From Eggerthellaceae bacterium (GTDB lineage Bacteria; Fibrobacterota; Fibrobacteria; Fibrobacterales; Fibrobacteraceae), in assembly GCA_963597395.1 (NCBI GenBank), contig CAVBPX010000004.1:1358-65357 (forward strand): a stretch of 64,000 nucleotides of DNA, written 5' to 3'. Shown in pieces: positions 55,474 through 64,000 of the stretch; the first letter of the stretch is position 1; each line of letters begins with the position of its first letter. Below the pieces are notes generated by a model that was given only the letters and a program-made list of their open reading frames with translations, ran no database searches and had not been told where the DNA came from. Both the position numbers and the translations under genes were made by a program.

Positions 55474-58400
55474 ATGAAAAGGCTTTTGGCCGCGTTTGCC
55501 CTTTTTATCGCGCTGTCTCCCGCCGAGGAGCCGGCGGATTCCGCCGTGTCCGGAAATGCCGCGGGGCAAACGAAAAGTTCCGTCCAATATATTCCGTTAC
55601 CTCCCAATGCGACGCCTCTTTCGGATTTGGTGCCGAAGAACGGTGTGGGGCAGGGAAAGTCCTTGATGAACCCTCCGAAAAGCGAGCGCTTTGAACACAG
55701 CATCGACTTTGAAAATCGCGAGATGGAGGTTTCCAAAAAGTATGTGAATCCGATTAGTCGGGATACGGCGGAGATGTGGTCTTCGACCTACCCCGAGATT
55801 GCGTCTTATGTGTCGGATATGTATGATATCGGGTTCAATCGGCTGTGGCTGAACTCCTTTGCCGGACAGAAGGACGGCGGCTATTCCGCACCGGAAGGGG
55901 CGACGCTCTACGATATTGACATTCCCATCAACATGCCTTCGTGGATGAAGGACTTTGGGCTCGACAAGCCGAAGCTCCTTTTGCAGGGGACGATGGACAT
56001 TCGACTTTCGGGCCGCGGCGAGCGGGATGACGCTCCGGGCAGCACCAAGGACAATCTCTTTCCGAGCCCGACGCTGTCTTATGACCCGAGCTTTATGGTG
56101 AAGGGAAAGATCGGGCCCTACATTACGGTGGAAGTGAACAATGTGGAGAGCGGTCTCGGGGCAAAGAACCAGATTCGCGTTGTGTACGAGGAATCCTACA
56201 AGGACGAGTTCGAGGACTACATTTTGCAGCGGATCGAGGCCGGTACGACATCGCTTGCGCTCCCCGGAACGGAACTTACGGGATATTCCGAAAATCACAA
56301 GGGGCTTTTTGGCATCAAGGCGGAGTGGAAGCTCGGCGACTGGTGGCTTACGACGATTGCTTCGCAGGATGGCGGAAGCCAGGAAAAGTACACGATTAAC
56401 GCGAGCACGAGCACGACGGAATTCCAGATTCAGGACAAGCAGTTTGTCGCCTACCGATACTACTTTTTGAACCAGGAAGCCCGGAGCAACTACATCAGCG
56501 CGGGCCTCGCAGGCCGCAGCACGTCCTCTTACCCGGCGACAAACCTGAAGCTCTACCGCCGCGCACCGACCAACACGACGACGAACGTGGTCGAAAATAT
56601 TACGGCGGTCTATGTGACGCCGACCGGCACGCGGGTCGAGAAGACCATCGACCGCCTCGTTCCGATGACCTCGAGCGACTATTCCTACGACAGCAAAACG
56701 GGCATTGTCAAGGTTCTTGGCGCAAACAAGAATACGCTCATTGCGGCGAGCTTCTCGGACGACGGAACGGGCCGCGCCGGGACGACGGTGAACAACAATT
56801 CGCGGGTGGTGCTTATCCAGTGGGACGCGACCCTTTCGGAGCTTGTCGATATCGACAAGCTGATGCTCCGGAACGTCTATTCCGTCGGAATTTCGGACGA
56901 GAGCGTTTCGAGCTTCGTCCTGCGGCTGAAGAACAAGTCCGGGGTTTCGAGCTCCTATTTGAAGACGCTTGGACTGGTCGATACGACGACGGGAACGGTT
57001 CTCACCGGCGACGCGACCATTTTCAAGAAGGACGCTTCGGGGTCCTACACGGGCGAAATGTGGCTGCCCTGCCGCCCGCTTTCGTGGTATTCCGGGGCGA
57101 ATTCCTCGGCGCGGGCCCGCGAAAACTGTTTGGAGCCTTTCCGCAACGTGGATTCCTCGGCGGCGATGGCAAAGCTCTACACGCTTCCCGTTTCGAACAT
57201 CGCGTCAAAGTTTACGAACCGCTTTTACTTTGAAAGTGTCGGCAAGCGGAGAAATTCCGTTATCAGCGTGCGCGATCCGAATTCGAGCTATTCCGTGAGC
57301 GCCGGCAGCTGCATGGACATTTCGGAAGGTTCCGAAAAGCTGAAGGCGGGTTCGACCGTACTTACCCGCGGCGTCGATTACGACGTGAACTACGAACTGG
57401 GCCAGATTGAACTTTTGAGCGAAACGGCTCTCGATCCGAACAAGGAAATTTCGGTGGAATTCGAATGCGAGCCTTTGTTCGAAATCGACAACAAGGTGCT
57501 TTTGGGAGCCCGCGCCGAGCTTCCGCTGTCCCGCTACGGATTTGGGGACGGGTCGCTGTTTGGCGTAACGGCCCTCTACAAGAGCCAGAGCACGACCGCT
57601 TCGACGCCGACGCTCGGAAGCGAGCCTTATTCGAGTTTTCTCTGGGGCGTGAACCTCCGTTTGCAGGACACGGTACAGTGGATGTCGGACGTGGTGAACA
57701 TGATTCCCGGCATCGAGACGAAGGCAAAGTCGAACTGGCGCTTTGAAACGGAATTTGCGAGCAGCTATCACGATGCGAATACGAGCAGCGGCAAGACGGC
57801 CCTTCTCGAAGATTTTGAAAGCAGCGAATCGGGACTTGTGTATCCGCTGTCGAGACTTTCCTGGTATCAGGCGTCCCCGCCGGGCGGTGTCGATACGGAC
57901 CCGAGCACTTACATCGAAAACCTTGACTACAAGCATGCGGGCGAGTTCATTTGGCACAGCAACAACACGGTTCTTTACAAGTACATCTACCCGACCGTCG
58001 GAAACAGCGACGTGGACAACCAGCGGCTCACCGTCCTGAAACTCACGCTTCGGCCGAACGACAATCTCACGGGAAACAGCTGGGGCGGCATTATGCGGCC
58101 GAATTCCAGCTACTATCAGGATTTGAGCGACATGAAGTATGTGGAGGTGGTGGCCCGCGGAAACGTTGGAAGCATTTACCTCGACCTGGGACTTGTGAGC
58201 GAAGACCTTTCGATTAATGGCGAAGCTCCGAACGGAACCTACGACGGCGAAAACGATTTGGGCACGACGACCGCGCTTCACGACAAGGGCCTTGACGGAC
58301 TTTCGGGTTCGGAAGAAACGCGCTGGATTTGGGACTGCCGCATGAACGGATGCGTGAGCACGGTCAAGACAAGCGCCAATTCCGATGCGACGAACACGGA

Positions 58401-61400
58401 TATTGCGCGCGACAACTTTGACGACGATTTGGATGACGAAAGCGACCCGCCGGTTGCCATCAACGGAACGGAAGGAAACTCGGGCGAACGCGCCTACGAT
58501 ACGGAAGACATCAACAAGAACGGTTCCCTCGACACGGACATCGGATTTGTCCGCTACCGGATAGACCTTTCCGACAACAACGACGCAAACTACGAGACGC
58601 TCAAGAACGGCTGGCGCAAGTGGAAGATTCCGCTCGACCAATACGATACGGTCGTTTCGAGAAACGGCGAAAACTATTTGACGATTCTCGCCCAGGCGCA
58701 GTTCTCGAGGCTCTGGATGGGAAAGCTCAATAACGGTGTCGCCGAGGCGAAGGTGCAGATTGTAAAGCTCGGCGTGATGGGAAATTCCTGGGAAGCGGCG
58801 AGCGTCTCCGACAAGTTCGTCACGTCTTCTGTCGGCGGATCCCAAACGGCAATCGTTGACGGCAGCGAAGTGGAAATTTCCTCTTCGACGGCCACGTCCG
58901 ATACCACCTACCTGAACGTTTCGACCATCAACAATCGCGAAAATTCCGGTTCGTATTACAAGAGCCCGAATACCAAGACGGAACGCGATACGGAAACGAA
59001 TGCCGCTCTCAAGGAAACGGCACTCGTTCTCACGTATAAGAACCTTTCGCCCGGACAGTCGGTCGGTGCGACGCGAACCTTTGATGCGGACGAAAAGGAC
59101 CTTACCAAGTACAAGACGCTCAAAATGGAAATTCATTACACGACCGATGCGACGAAGACGCCCGTACGGTTCGCTTTCCAGTTTGGCGAAGGATCGCTCG
59201 AAGGCTCGACGGACTACTATGAATGGAGCTTCCGCCCGGTAAAAATCAACTGCCTCGCGTCGGAGCGTACCGCGGATTGCCACGAACGGAACTGGCTTGC
59301 AAACGCCTTCTCCGAAAAGCTCTCCGCGTTTTCCGACCTCAAAAAGGGACGCCGTCCGCCCTATCTCGAACCGGTCATCGACTCCATCGGAGGCGAACGC
59401 GAAGAAGTTCTGAAGCTCGTCGGCAACCCTTCAACGACATCGGTTGACTGGATCCGCTTTGTGATCATTGCGGACGAGGATGCTTCCCCTGCGGACCTCG
59501 AAGGCGAATTCTGGATCGACGACTTGCGCCTTTCGGGTATGGACAACGACTGGGGCTACGCTTTCCGCACTTCGGGCCAGGCAAACTTTGCGGACTTCCT
59601 TTCGGTATCGGCGTCCGCGCGTTACCAGGACGGAAACTTTGCGACGCTTTCGACCAGCGGATCTTCGCCGAAACCGACGCTCTCGGAAGCGGAATCGAAG
59701 CTCGACATTGCGGCCGATGCAAACGTCAACTGGAACAAGTTCCTCCCCGACGAACAGGGTTTCCACATGCCGATGAGCATCGGCTACAGCAGTACCACGG
59801 AACGTCCCTACTTAAAGCCCACGGACGACCTGGAACTTTCGCACGATAACATGGGCGACTTTGCCAAGGATATTTGGGACGGAAAGCTCACCGTCGAAAA
59901 CGCCGACGAGGAAGAAAAACTTCGAAACGACGCGGAGTCGAGAGGCTACCAGTCGTATAGCCGCACGCGCCGCTTCAGCTTTAGCTACAGCAAGGATTAC
60001 AAGGAAGAGGAAAGTCCCATCAAGGAAGTCCTTTCCCAGATTTTTTTGGAACGTCCGGCGTGGAGCTACAGCTATACGGAAACCGAGTCCCGCTCGACAA
60101 CCGCCGCGGACTCCTCGTATTCCTACCACACGATCATCGAATACAGCCTCGGAACCTTTAACCGCTTCAACTTTAAACCGTTCGGCTTCCTCCGCAAAAC
60201 GAGCTGGGCAAAGAGCTTTGCCGAGTCCTCCTTTGAACCGTGGCCGCAGACGGTGGATCTCACCCTCTTCGACCTGAGCTACATCCGCTACGTAAACCAG
60301 GAACGCGATCCGGACTTTACGGAACCGCAAACGTCGAAAACCGTCACCTATACGGTCGATCTGTCGCACAAGGCAAACGTCCGCTGGAACATTTTCCCCT
60401 TCCTCTCGACCAGTTACAGCCTGAACATTACGCGCGACATGTATGGCGGCGGCGACCAGGAAGACTTTGCCAAGGAAAATTTCTGGACGTTCAAAAACGG
60501 CGGCATGTTTGCCGCGGACGACATTTTCGATTACGATCACACGGACAGAAAGGTCTATGTATCGCCGGACAGCGTCGTCATCATTCCTTACGATACGGTT
60601 GCCGTGGTAAGCGCCGACGGGGACACGTCCCTCATCGACATGGACGATCCGAGTACGTACAAGGTTTTGTACGACAGCACCGTCTATTACAAGGTCGATA
60701 GCGTCGGGCACCGCGAATACGGCAGGTCCTACGGCATTCTCAAAAACGAACGCAGTCGCAGTCAGCAGTTCAAGACGACTTTCAGCCCGGCCATCATCCC
60801 GTTCCTTCCTCTGTCCATCTCGTTTACGTCTTCCTTCAAACAGCAAAAGACGATACCCGACGAATACGACCTGTACGATCCGACAATGGTCGAAAAGAAC
60901 TACTGGACCATTTCCCAGACGAACCGCTTTGAATTTTCGCCGTCGTTCCGCATCGTGAACTTTTTAAAGCTCTTCGGCGAAAAGAACGCTGCCGCGGGAT
61001 TCTTCGAAAAACTCAAGTGGCGCGACATCAAGGCCGCATGGACGGTCGATCTCTCCACGGTCGGCGAAAACTTTACCCTGTCGCAGCTCTACGAAGAACA
61101 GGGCGTGACGCCCCTCCAGTATTATCTGTATGGACTCGGAATCGGAAACGGCTACCGGAACCGCGGCATCTGGAATATAGTCTCGGGCGACATGGGACTT
61201 GACCACCGCGACGACTACACGGGCTTTGCCGAATACCGCAACAAGGACGTCGATACGCTCGTCTATCAGGGAAACTTCACCCATTCGGTAAACAGAACGC
61301 TCAACCTTTCCACGGGCTTTACGCTTCCGTTCTGGAACATCGGCATTGTCTCCGATATGCAGTGGAAACAGGACTTTAGCCAGTCGCGCGAATATCCGCT

Positions 61401-62253
61401 TTACACGGATTCGACAATCGTCTGGCCCAAATGGGGCGTGGGCGTGACCGTTCCGAACTTTTCCCAGCGCATCGGGTTCCTCAACTCGTTCCGCAGTGTG
61501 AGTACGACGCACCGGGTCGATTACACGCGGACCCGCGTATCAAAACCTTTCCAGAGCGCGGAAGACAGCTGGACGACCACATGGAACTTTAATCCGCTCG
61601 TCCGCATCAGCTTCCTCACGCAGCAAAATATCCGCATCGAGGACAATACCTATCTCAAGCTCGAATTTACGGACAGGCGCCCCAAGGAAGAAGTCATTTC
61701 GCAAACAAACTGGCCCGCCAAAACCGAAGACCTTTCGGACACGACCAAATATTTCTATACGCCGTGGATTCCGACCGCCCTGTATAAGGATTTCGGCTAC
61801 AACGTCGGGAACGATCTCACCATTTCGTATCCGCTCAAGACAAAGCGTGGATTCCAGTTCTGGAAGTGGTACTTCAAACTGAAAAACGATATAGACCTGA
61901 GGCTCACCGCGGGCTACGAATACACGAAGACCATCCGCGAAACCTACGAACCGGAGGCCGGCTACGACAAATGGGAAAAGAACGAAGCCGCGGGCGACGT
62001 CTATCGCAAGTGGAACATCGACGGCAATGAATACGCGGTCTATTTCCCGAAGCTCCACAAGACGGATCGCACCGTCCCGTCTCGCATCCACGAATGGTTT
62101 ATCCGCCCGAGCGCGGGCTACCAGTTCAACAAAATGGCGAGTATGAGCGCCTACATCGAATACCGCCAAATTCACGAAAAGCTCGACGACGAAACCGCTC
62201 ACGTGGAACAGATTCTCTCCTTTGAAATTGCGCTGCTTTTGCGCTTTAACTAG
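55474..62253 (+). CDS. sprA: giant outer-membrane protein, SprA/Sov-like candidate T9SS translocon
   Basis: 2259 aa; signal peptide MKRLLAAFALFIALSPA. Beta-rich with aromatic-rich alternating segments to the C-terminus (...LSFEIALLLRFN). Size and overall character match the SprA family. Not verified by search. Confidence 0.6.
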   Translation: MKRLLAAFALFIALSPAEEPADSAVSGNAAGQTKSSVQYIPLPPNATPLSDLVPKNGVGQGKSLMNPPKSERFEHSIDFENREMEVSKKYVNPISRDTAEMWSSTYPEIASYVSDMYDIGFNRLWLNSFAGQKDGGYSAPEGATLYDIDIPINMPSWMKDFGLDKPKLLLQGTMDIRLSGRGERDDAPGSTKDNLFPSPTLSYDPSFMVKGKIGPYITVEVNNVESGLGAKNQIRVVYEESYKDEFEDYILQRIEAGTTSLALPGTELTGYSENHKGLFGIKAEWKLGDWWLTTIASQDGGSQEKYTINASTSTTEFQIQDKQFVAYRYYFLNQEARSNYISAGLAGRSTSSYPATNLKLYRRAPTNTTTNVVENITAVYVTPTGTRVEKTIDRLVPMTSSDYSYDSKTGIVKVLGANKNTLIAASFSDDGTGRAGTTVNNNSRVVLIQWDATLSELVDIDKLMLRNVYSVGISDESVSSFVLRLKNKSGVSSSYLKTLGLVDTTTGTVLTGDATIFKKDASGSYTGEMWLPCRPLSWYSGANSSARARENCLEPFRNVDSSAAMAKLYTLPVSNIASKFTNRFYFESVGKRRNSVISVRDPNSSYSVSAGSCMDISEGSEKLKAGSTVLTRGVDYDVNYELGQIELLSETALDPNKEISVEFECEPLFEIDNKVLLGARAELPLSRYGFGDGSLFGVTALYKSQSTTASTPTLGSEPYSSFLWGVNLRLQDTVQWMSDVVNMIPGIETKAKSNWRFETEFASSYHDANTSSGKTALLEDFESSESGLVYPLSRLSWYQASPPGGVDTDPSTYIENLDYKHAGEFIWHSNNTVLYKYIYPTVGNSDVDNQRLTVLKLTLRPNDNLTGNSWGGIMRPNSSYYQDLSDMKYVEVVARGNVGSIYLDLGLVSEDLSINGEAPNGTYDGENDLGTTTALHDKGLDGLSGSEETRWIWDCRMNGCVSTVKTSANSDATNTDIARDNFDDDLDDESDPPVAINGTEGNSGERAYDTEDINKNGSLDTDIGFVRYRIDLSDNNDANYETLKNGWRKWKIPLDQYDTVVSRNGENYLTILAQAQFSRLWMGKLNNGVAEAKVQIVKLGVMGNSWEAASVSDKFVTSSVGGSQTAIVDGSEVEISSSTATSDTTYLNVSTINNRENSGSYYKSPNTKTERDTETNAALKETALVLTYKNLSPGQSVGATRTFDADEKDLTKYKTLKMEIHYTTDATKTPVRFAFQFGEGSLEGSTDYYEWSFRPVKINCLASERTADCHERNWLANAFSEKLSAFSDLKKGRRPPYLEPVIDSIGGEREEVLKLVGNPSTTSVDWIRFVIIADEDASPADLEGEFWIDDLRLSGMDNDWGYAFRTSGQANFADFLSVSASARYQDGNFATLSTSGSSPKPTLSEAESKLDIAADANVNWNKFLPDEQGFHMPMSIGYSSTTERPYLKPTDDLELSHDNMGDFAKDIWDGKLTVENADEEEKLRNDAESRGYQSYSRTRRFSFSYSKDYKEEESPIKEVLSQIFLERPAWSYSYTETESRSTTAADSSYSYHTIIEYSLGTFNRFNFKPFGFLRKTSWAKSFAESSFEPWPQTVDLTLFDLSYIRYVNQERDPDFTEPQTSKTVTYTVDLSHKANVRWNIFPFLSTSYSLNITRDMYGGGDQEDFAKENFWTFKNGGMFAADDIFDYDHTDRKVYVSPDSVVIIPYDTVAVVSADGDTSLIDMDDPSTYKVLYDSTVYYKVDSVGHREYGRSYGILKNERSRSQQFKTTFSPAIIPFLPLSISFTSSFKQQKTIPDEYDLYDPTMVEKNYWTISQTNRFEFSPSFRIVNFLKLFGEKNAAAGFFEKLKWRDIKAAWTVDLSTVGENFTLSQLYEEQGVTPLQYYLYGLGIGNGYRNRGIWNIVSGDMGLDHRDDYTGFAEYRNKDVDTLVYQGNFTHSVNRTLNLSTGFTLPFWNIGIVSDMQWKQDFSQSREYPLYTDSTIVWPKWGVGVTVPNFSQRIGFLNSFRSVSTTHRVDYTRTRVSKPFQSAEDSWTTTWNFNPLVRISFLTQQNIRIEDNTYLKLEFTDRRPKEEVISQTNWPAKTEDLSDTTKYFYTPWIPTALYKDFGYNVGNDLTISYPLKTKRGFQFWKWYFKLKNDIDLRLTAGYEYTKTIRETYEPEAGYDKWEKNEAAGDVYRKWNIDGNEYAVYFPKLHKTDRTVPSRIHEWFIRPSAGYQFNKMASMSAYIEYRQIHEKLDDETAHVEQILSFEIALLLRFN

Positions 62254-62257
62254 AACG

Positions 62258-62815
62258 ATGAAACCGCAAAACCTCTACTGGGATTCCTTTCGGACATTTT
62301 TCAAAATCGGACTTTTTACTCTCGGCGGCGGCTACGCGATGATTCCTCTCATCGAAGCGGAAATCATCGAACGCAAAAAGTGGATTTCCCGCGAGGACTT
62401 TCTGGACTTGGTCGCCATCGCACAGAGCTGTCCTGGAATCTTTGCGGTCAACATCAGCATTTTTATCGGATACCGCCTGAACCGCGTAAAGGGAGCGCTC
62501 GTCACCGCTCTGGGAACCGCGCTTCCGTCGTTTCTCATCATCCTCGCCATCGCGCTCTTCTTTCATCATTTTCAGGAAAATAAAATTGTTGAGGCCGTTT
62601 TCCGCGGCATCCGCCCGGCGGTTGTCGCCCTCATCGCCGTTCCCACGTTCAACATGGCAAAAAAGGCAAAGCTCAACCGCCAAACGTTCTGGATTCCGAT
62701 TGCGAGCGCGCTTCTCATCTGGCTTCTCGGGGTTTCTCCCATTCTTATTATCGTATGCGCGGGCGTCGGCGGATTTCTCGTCGGAAAGTTCGGAAAGAAG
62801 GAGGGCGGCAAATGA
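62258..62815 (+). CDS. chrA: chromate transporter (CHR family) half-size subunit 1
   Basis: ATG 62258; FFKIGLFTLGGGYAMIPLIE... is the CHR signature. 185 aa. Confidence 0.88.
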   Translation: MKPQNLYWDSFRTFFKIGLFTLGGGYAMIPLIEAEIIERKKWISREDFLDLVAIAQSCPGIFAVNISIFIGYRLNRVKGALVTALGTALPSFLIILAIALFFHHFQENKIVEAVFRGIRPAVVALIAVPTFNMAKKAKLNRQTFWIPIASALLIWLLGVSPILIIVCAGVGGFLVGKFGKKEGGK

Positions 62816-63390
62816 TTTACCTCCAGCTTTTTTGGACGTTTTTTCAGATAGGGCTTTTCGGCTTTGGCGGCGGCTACGGAATGCTCTCGCTCATTCAGCG
62901 CGAAGTCGTCTTTAAGCATCACTGGATGTCCGCCGGTGAATTTACGGACATTGTCGCCATCAGCCAGATGACGCCCGGTCCCATAGGCATCAACTCGGCG
63001 ACGTACGCCGGCTTTACCGCTCTCCAGAATGCGGGGGCCGAAAAGCTTTTTTGCGTCCTCGGAAGCGTGACGGCGACCTTTGCCGTGGTTTTTCCTTCCC
63101 TTGTTTTGATGATTCTCATCAGCCGTTACTTTATGAAGTACAAGGACCATCCGTCCGTTCGGCACGTGTTTGAAGGGTTAAGGCCCGCGGTCGTCGGGCT
63201 GCTCGCCGCGGCGACATTAATGCTCATGACCCGCGAAAACTTCGGCTCTCCGTTTGAAAATCCGCCCGAATTTGCCGTTTCCGTCGGACTTTTTGGCCTG
63301 ACGTTTGTCGGTACAAAGTTTTTTAAGGTCGGACCCATCAAAATGATCCTGGTGGCCGCGCTTCTCGGGCTTGTCATCTACGGATTCTGA
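62812..63390 (+). CDS. chrA: chromate transporter (CHR family) half-size subunit 2
   Basis: ATG 62812 overlaps the upstream stop (ATGA); FFQIGLFGFGGGYGMLSLIQ... 192 aa. Confidence 0.88.
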   Translation: MIYLQLFWTFFQIGLFGFGGGYGMLSLIQREVVFKHHWMSAGEFTDIVAISQMTPGPIGINSATYAGFTALQNAGAEKLFCVLGSVTATFAVVFPSLVLMILISRYFMKYKDHPSVRHVFEGLRPAVVGLLAAATLMLMTRENFGSPFENPPEFAVSVGLFGLTFVGTKFFKVGPIKMILVAALLGLVIYGF

Positions 63391-63426
63391 CGGGGAAGCC
63401 TCGAAAATTCTAGATTTTTCCCCGCC

Positions 63427-63951
63427 ATGAAAAATTTGGAAGATTATATTCTCAGCGTTCGGGATTTTCCGATTCCGGGCATTGTCTTTCGCGACATCAC
63501 GGGCATTTTGGATTCTCCGGACGGGCTGCACCTGGCATTTGAAAGCCTCTACAAGGCTCTTGAAAACGTGGAGTTTGACGTGGTGGCGGGGCTTGAGGCT
63601 CGAGGCTTTTTGTTTGGCGTGAGCATTGCCGACCATTTTCACAAGAGCTTTGTCCCCATCCGCAAAAAGGGTAAGCTTCCGCGCAAGACCGTTTCGGCCA
63701 CATACGACCTGGAATACGGTACGGCGACAATCGAAATGCACCGGGATGCGGTAAAGCCCGGTCAAAAGGTGATTCTTTTTGACGACCTGCTTGCGACGGG
63801 CGGGACGATGAACGCGGCGGCATCCCTTGTGGAAAGCGTGGGCGGCATTGTCGAAAAGGCGCTTTTTATCGTGGAACTGTTTGATTTGGGCGGCAGGGCA
63901 AAACTTTCAAGGTATAACGTGGAATCCCTGGTAAAGCTTCCGGGCCACTAA
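63427..63951 (+). CDS. apt: adenine phosphoribosyltransferase
   Basis: 174 aa; FRDITGIL..., the PRPP-binding loop VILFDDLLATGGT, ...VESLVKLPGH. Confidence 0.95.
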   Translation: MKNLEDYILSVRDFPIPGIVFRDITGILDSPDGLHLAFESLYKALENVEFDVVAGLEARGFLFGVSIADHFHKSFVPIRKKGKLPRKTVSATYDLEYGTATIEMHRDAVKPGQKVILFDDLLATGGTMNAAASLVESVGGIVEKALFIVELFDLGGRAKLSRYNVESLVKLPGH

Positions 63952-63978
63952 CTCATTTTCAACACAAACGGAGAACCT

Positions 63979-64000
63979 ATGATTGAAAAATTGTTCAAGG
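63979..64000 (+). CDS. start of an unidentified CDS truncated by the window end
   Basis: ATG 63979 (MIEKLFK...) follows GGAGA at 63970-63974. Too short to identify. Confidence 0.3.

Noticed and set aside
57205-59283. 692-aa minus-strand ORF inside the SprA-like gene. Others lie at 55597-56298, 59812-60846 and 61540-62202.
   Set aside because: All lie antisense within one uninterrupted 6.8-kb + strand ORF with a signal peptide. The composition is arginine-rich junk.

Overview
Gene-dense, fairly GC-rich bacterial chromosomal window with about 70 genes, mostly on the + strand.

**Layout**
- 1-11.5 kb: one uninterrupted ribosomal-protein supercluster (end of rplD through rplQ), including secY, infA and rpoA.
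- 11.6-16.5 kb: an orphan polysaccharide export/polymerisation cassette (Wza-, Wzz-, Wzy- and Wzx-like) with no glycosyltransferases.
- 16.5-25 kb: tRNA-Leu(UAG), tig-clpP-clpX-lon, yggS, purA and a Crp/Fnr regulator.
- 25-34.4 kb: a co-directional envelope block. It holds a stand-alone triple-PASTA protein, a TPR lipoprotein and a small lipoprotein. These are followed by a 1139-aa secreted M6-like protein whose HExxH is mutated; it also has FG-GAP repeats and a T9SS-type C-terminal sorting domain. That gene is translationally coupled to FGE-like and NlpE-like lipoproteins and an RNA methyltransferase.
- 34.4-38.4 kb: a decayed MmeI-like restriction-modification remnant fused to a GxxExxY-like fragment, a nitroreductase, a TIGR02147/DUF4423-like gene coupled to a LamG lipoprotein, and a ferredoxin.
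- 38.4-51.9 kb: argB-argD, a DUF4434-like hydrolase, glmM-glmS, scpA, an XRE-YugP-small protein operon, an FKBP isomerase, M23 and S41 peptidases, and a eukaryote-like LRR protein.
- 52-64 kb: an AIPR-family (abortive-infection-like) gene behind an AT-rich leader with a perfect hairpin, an MFS transporter, a 2259-aa SprA/Sov-like giant outer-membrane protein, a split ChrA pair and apt.

**Non-coding signals**
- A short dispersed intergenic element with conserved ends (GGGAACC ... TTTAGNGGYGACC), present in three copies.
- Bacteroidetes-style TAnnTTTG boxes and a recurring TTTTGAAAC motif upstream of genes.

**Not seen and caveats**
- I saw no CRISPR array, IS element, integrase or prophage module.
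- Gene content (TIGR02147-like paralog, T9SS-type CTD, SprA-like gene, SD-poor starts) suggests the FCB superphylum, most consistent with Fibrobacterota. This is inference only.
- All family assignments come from reading motifs in the translations, not from database searches.
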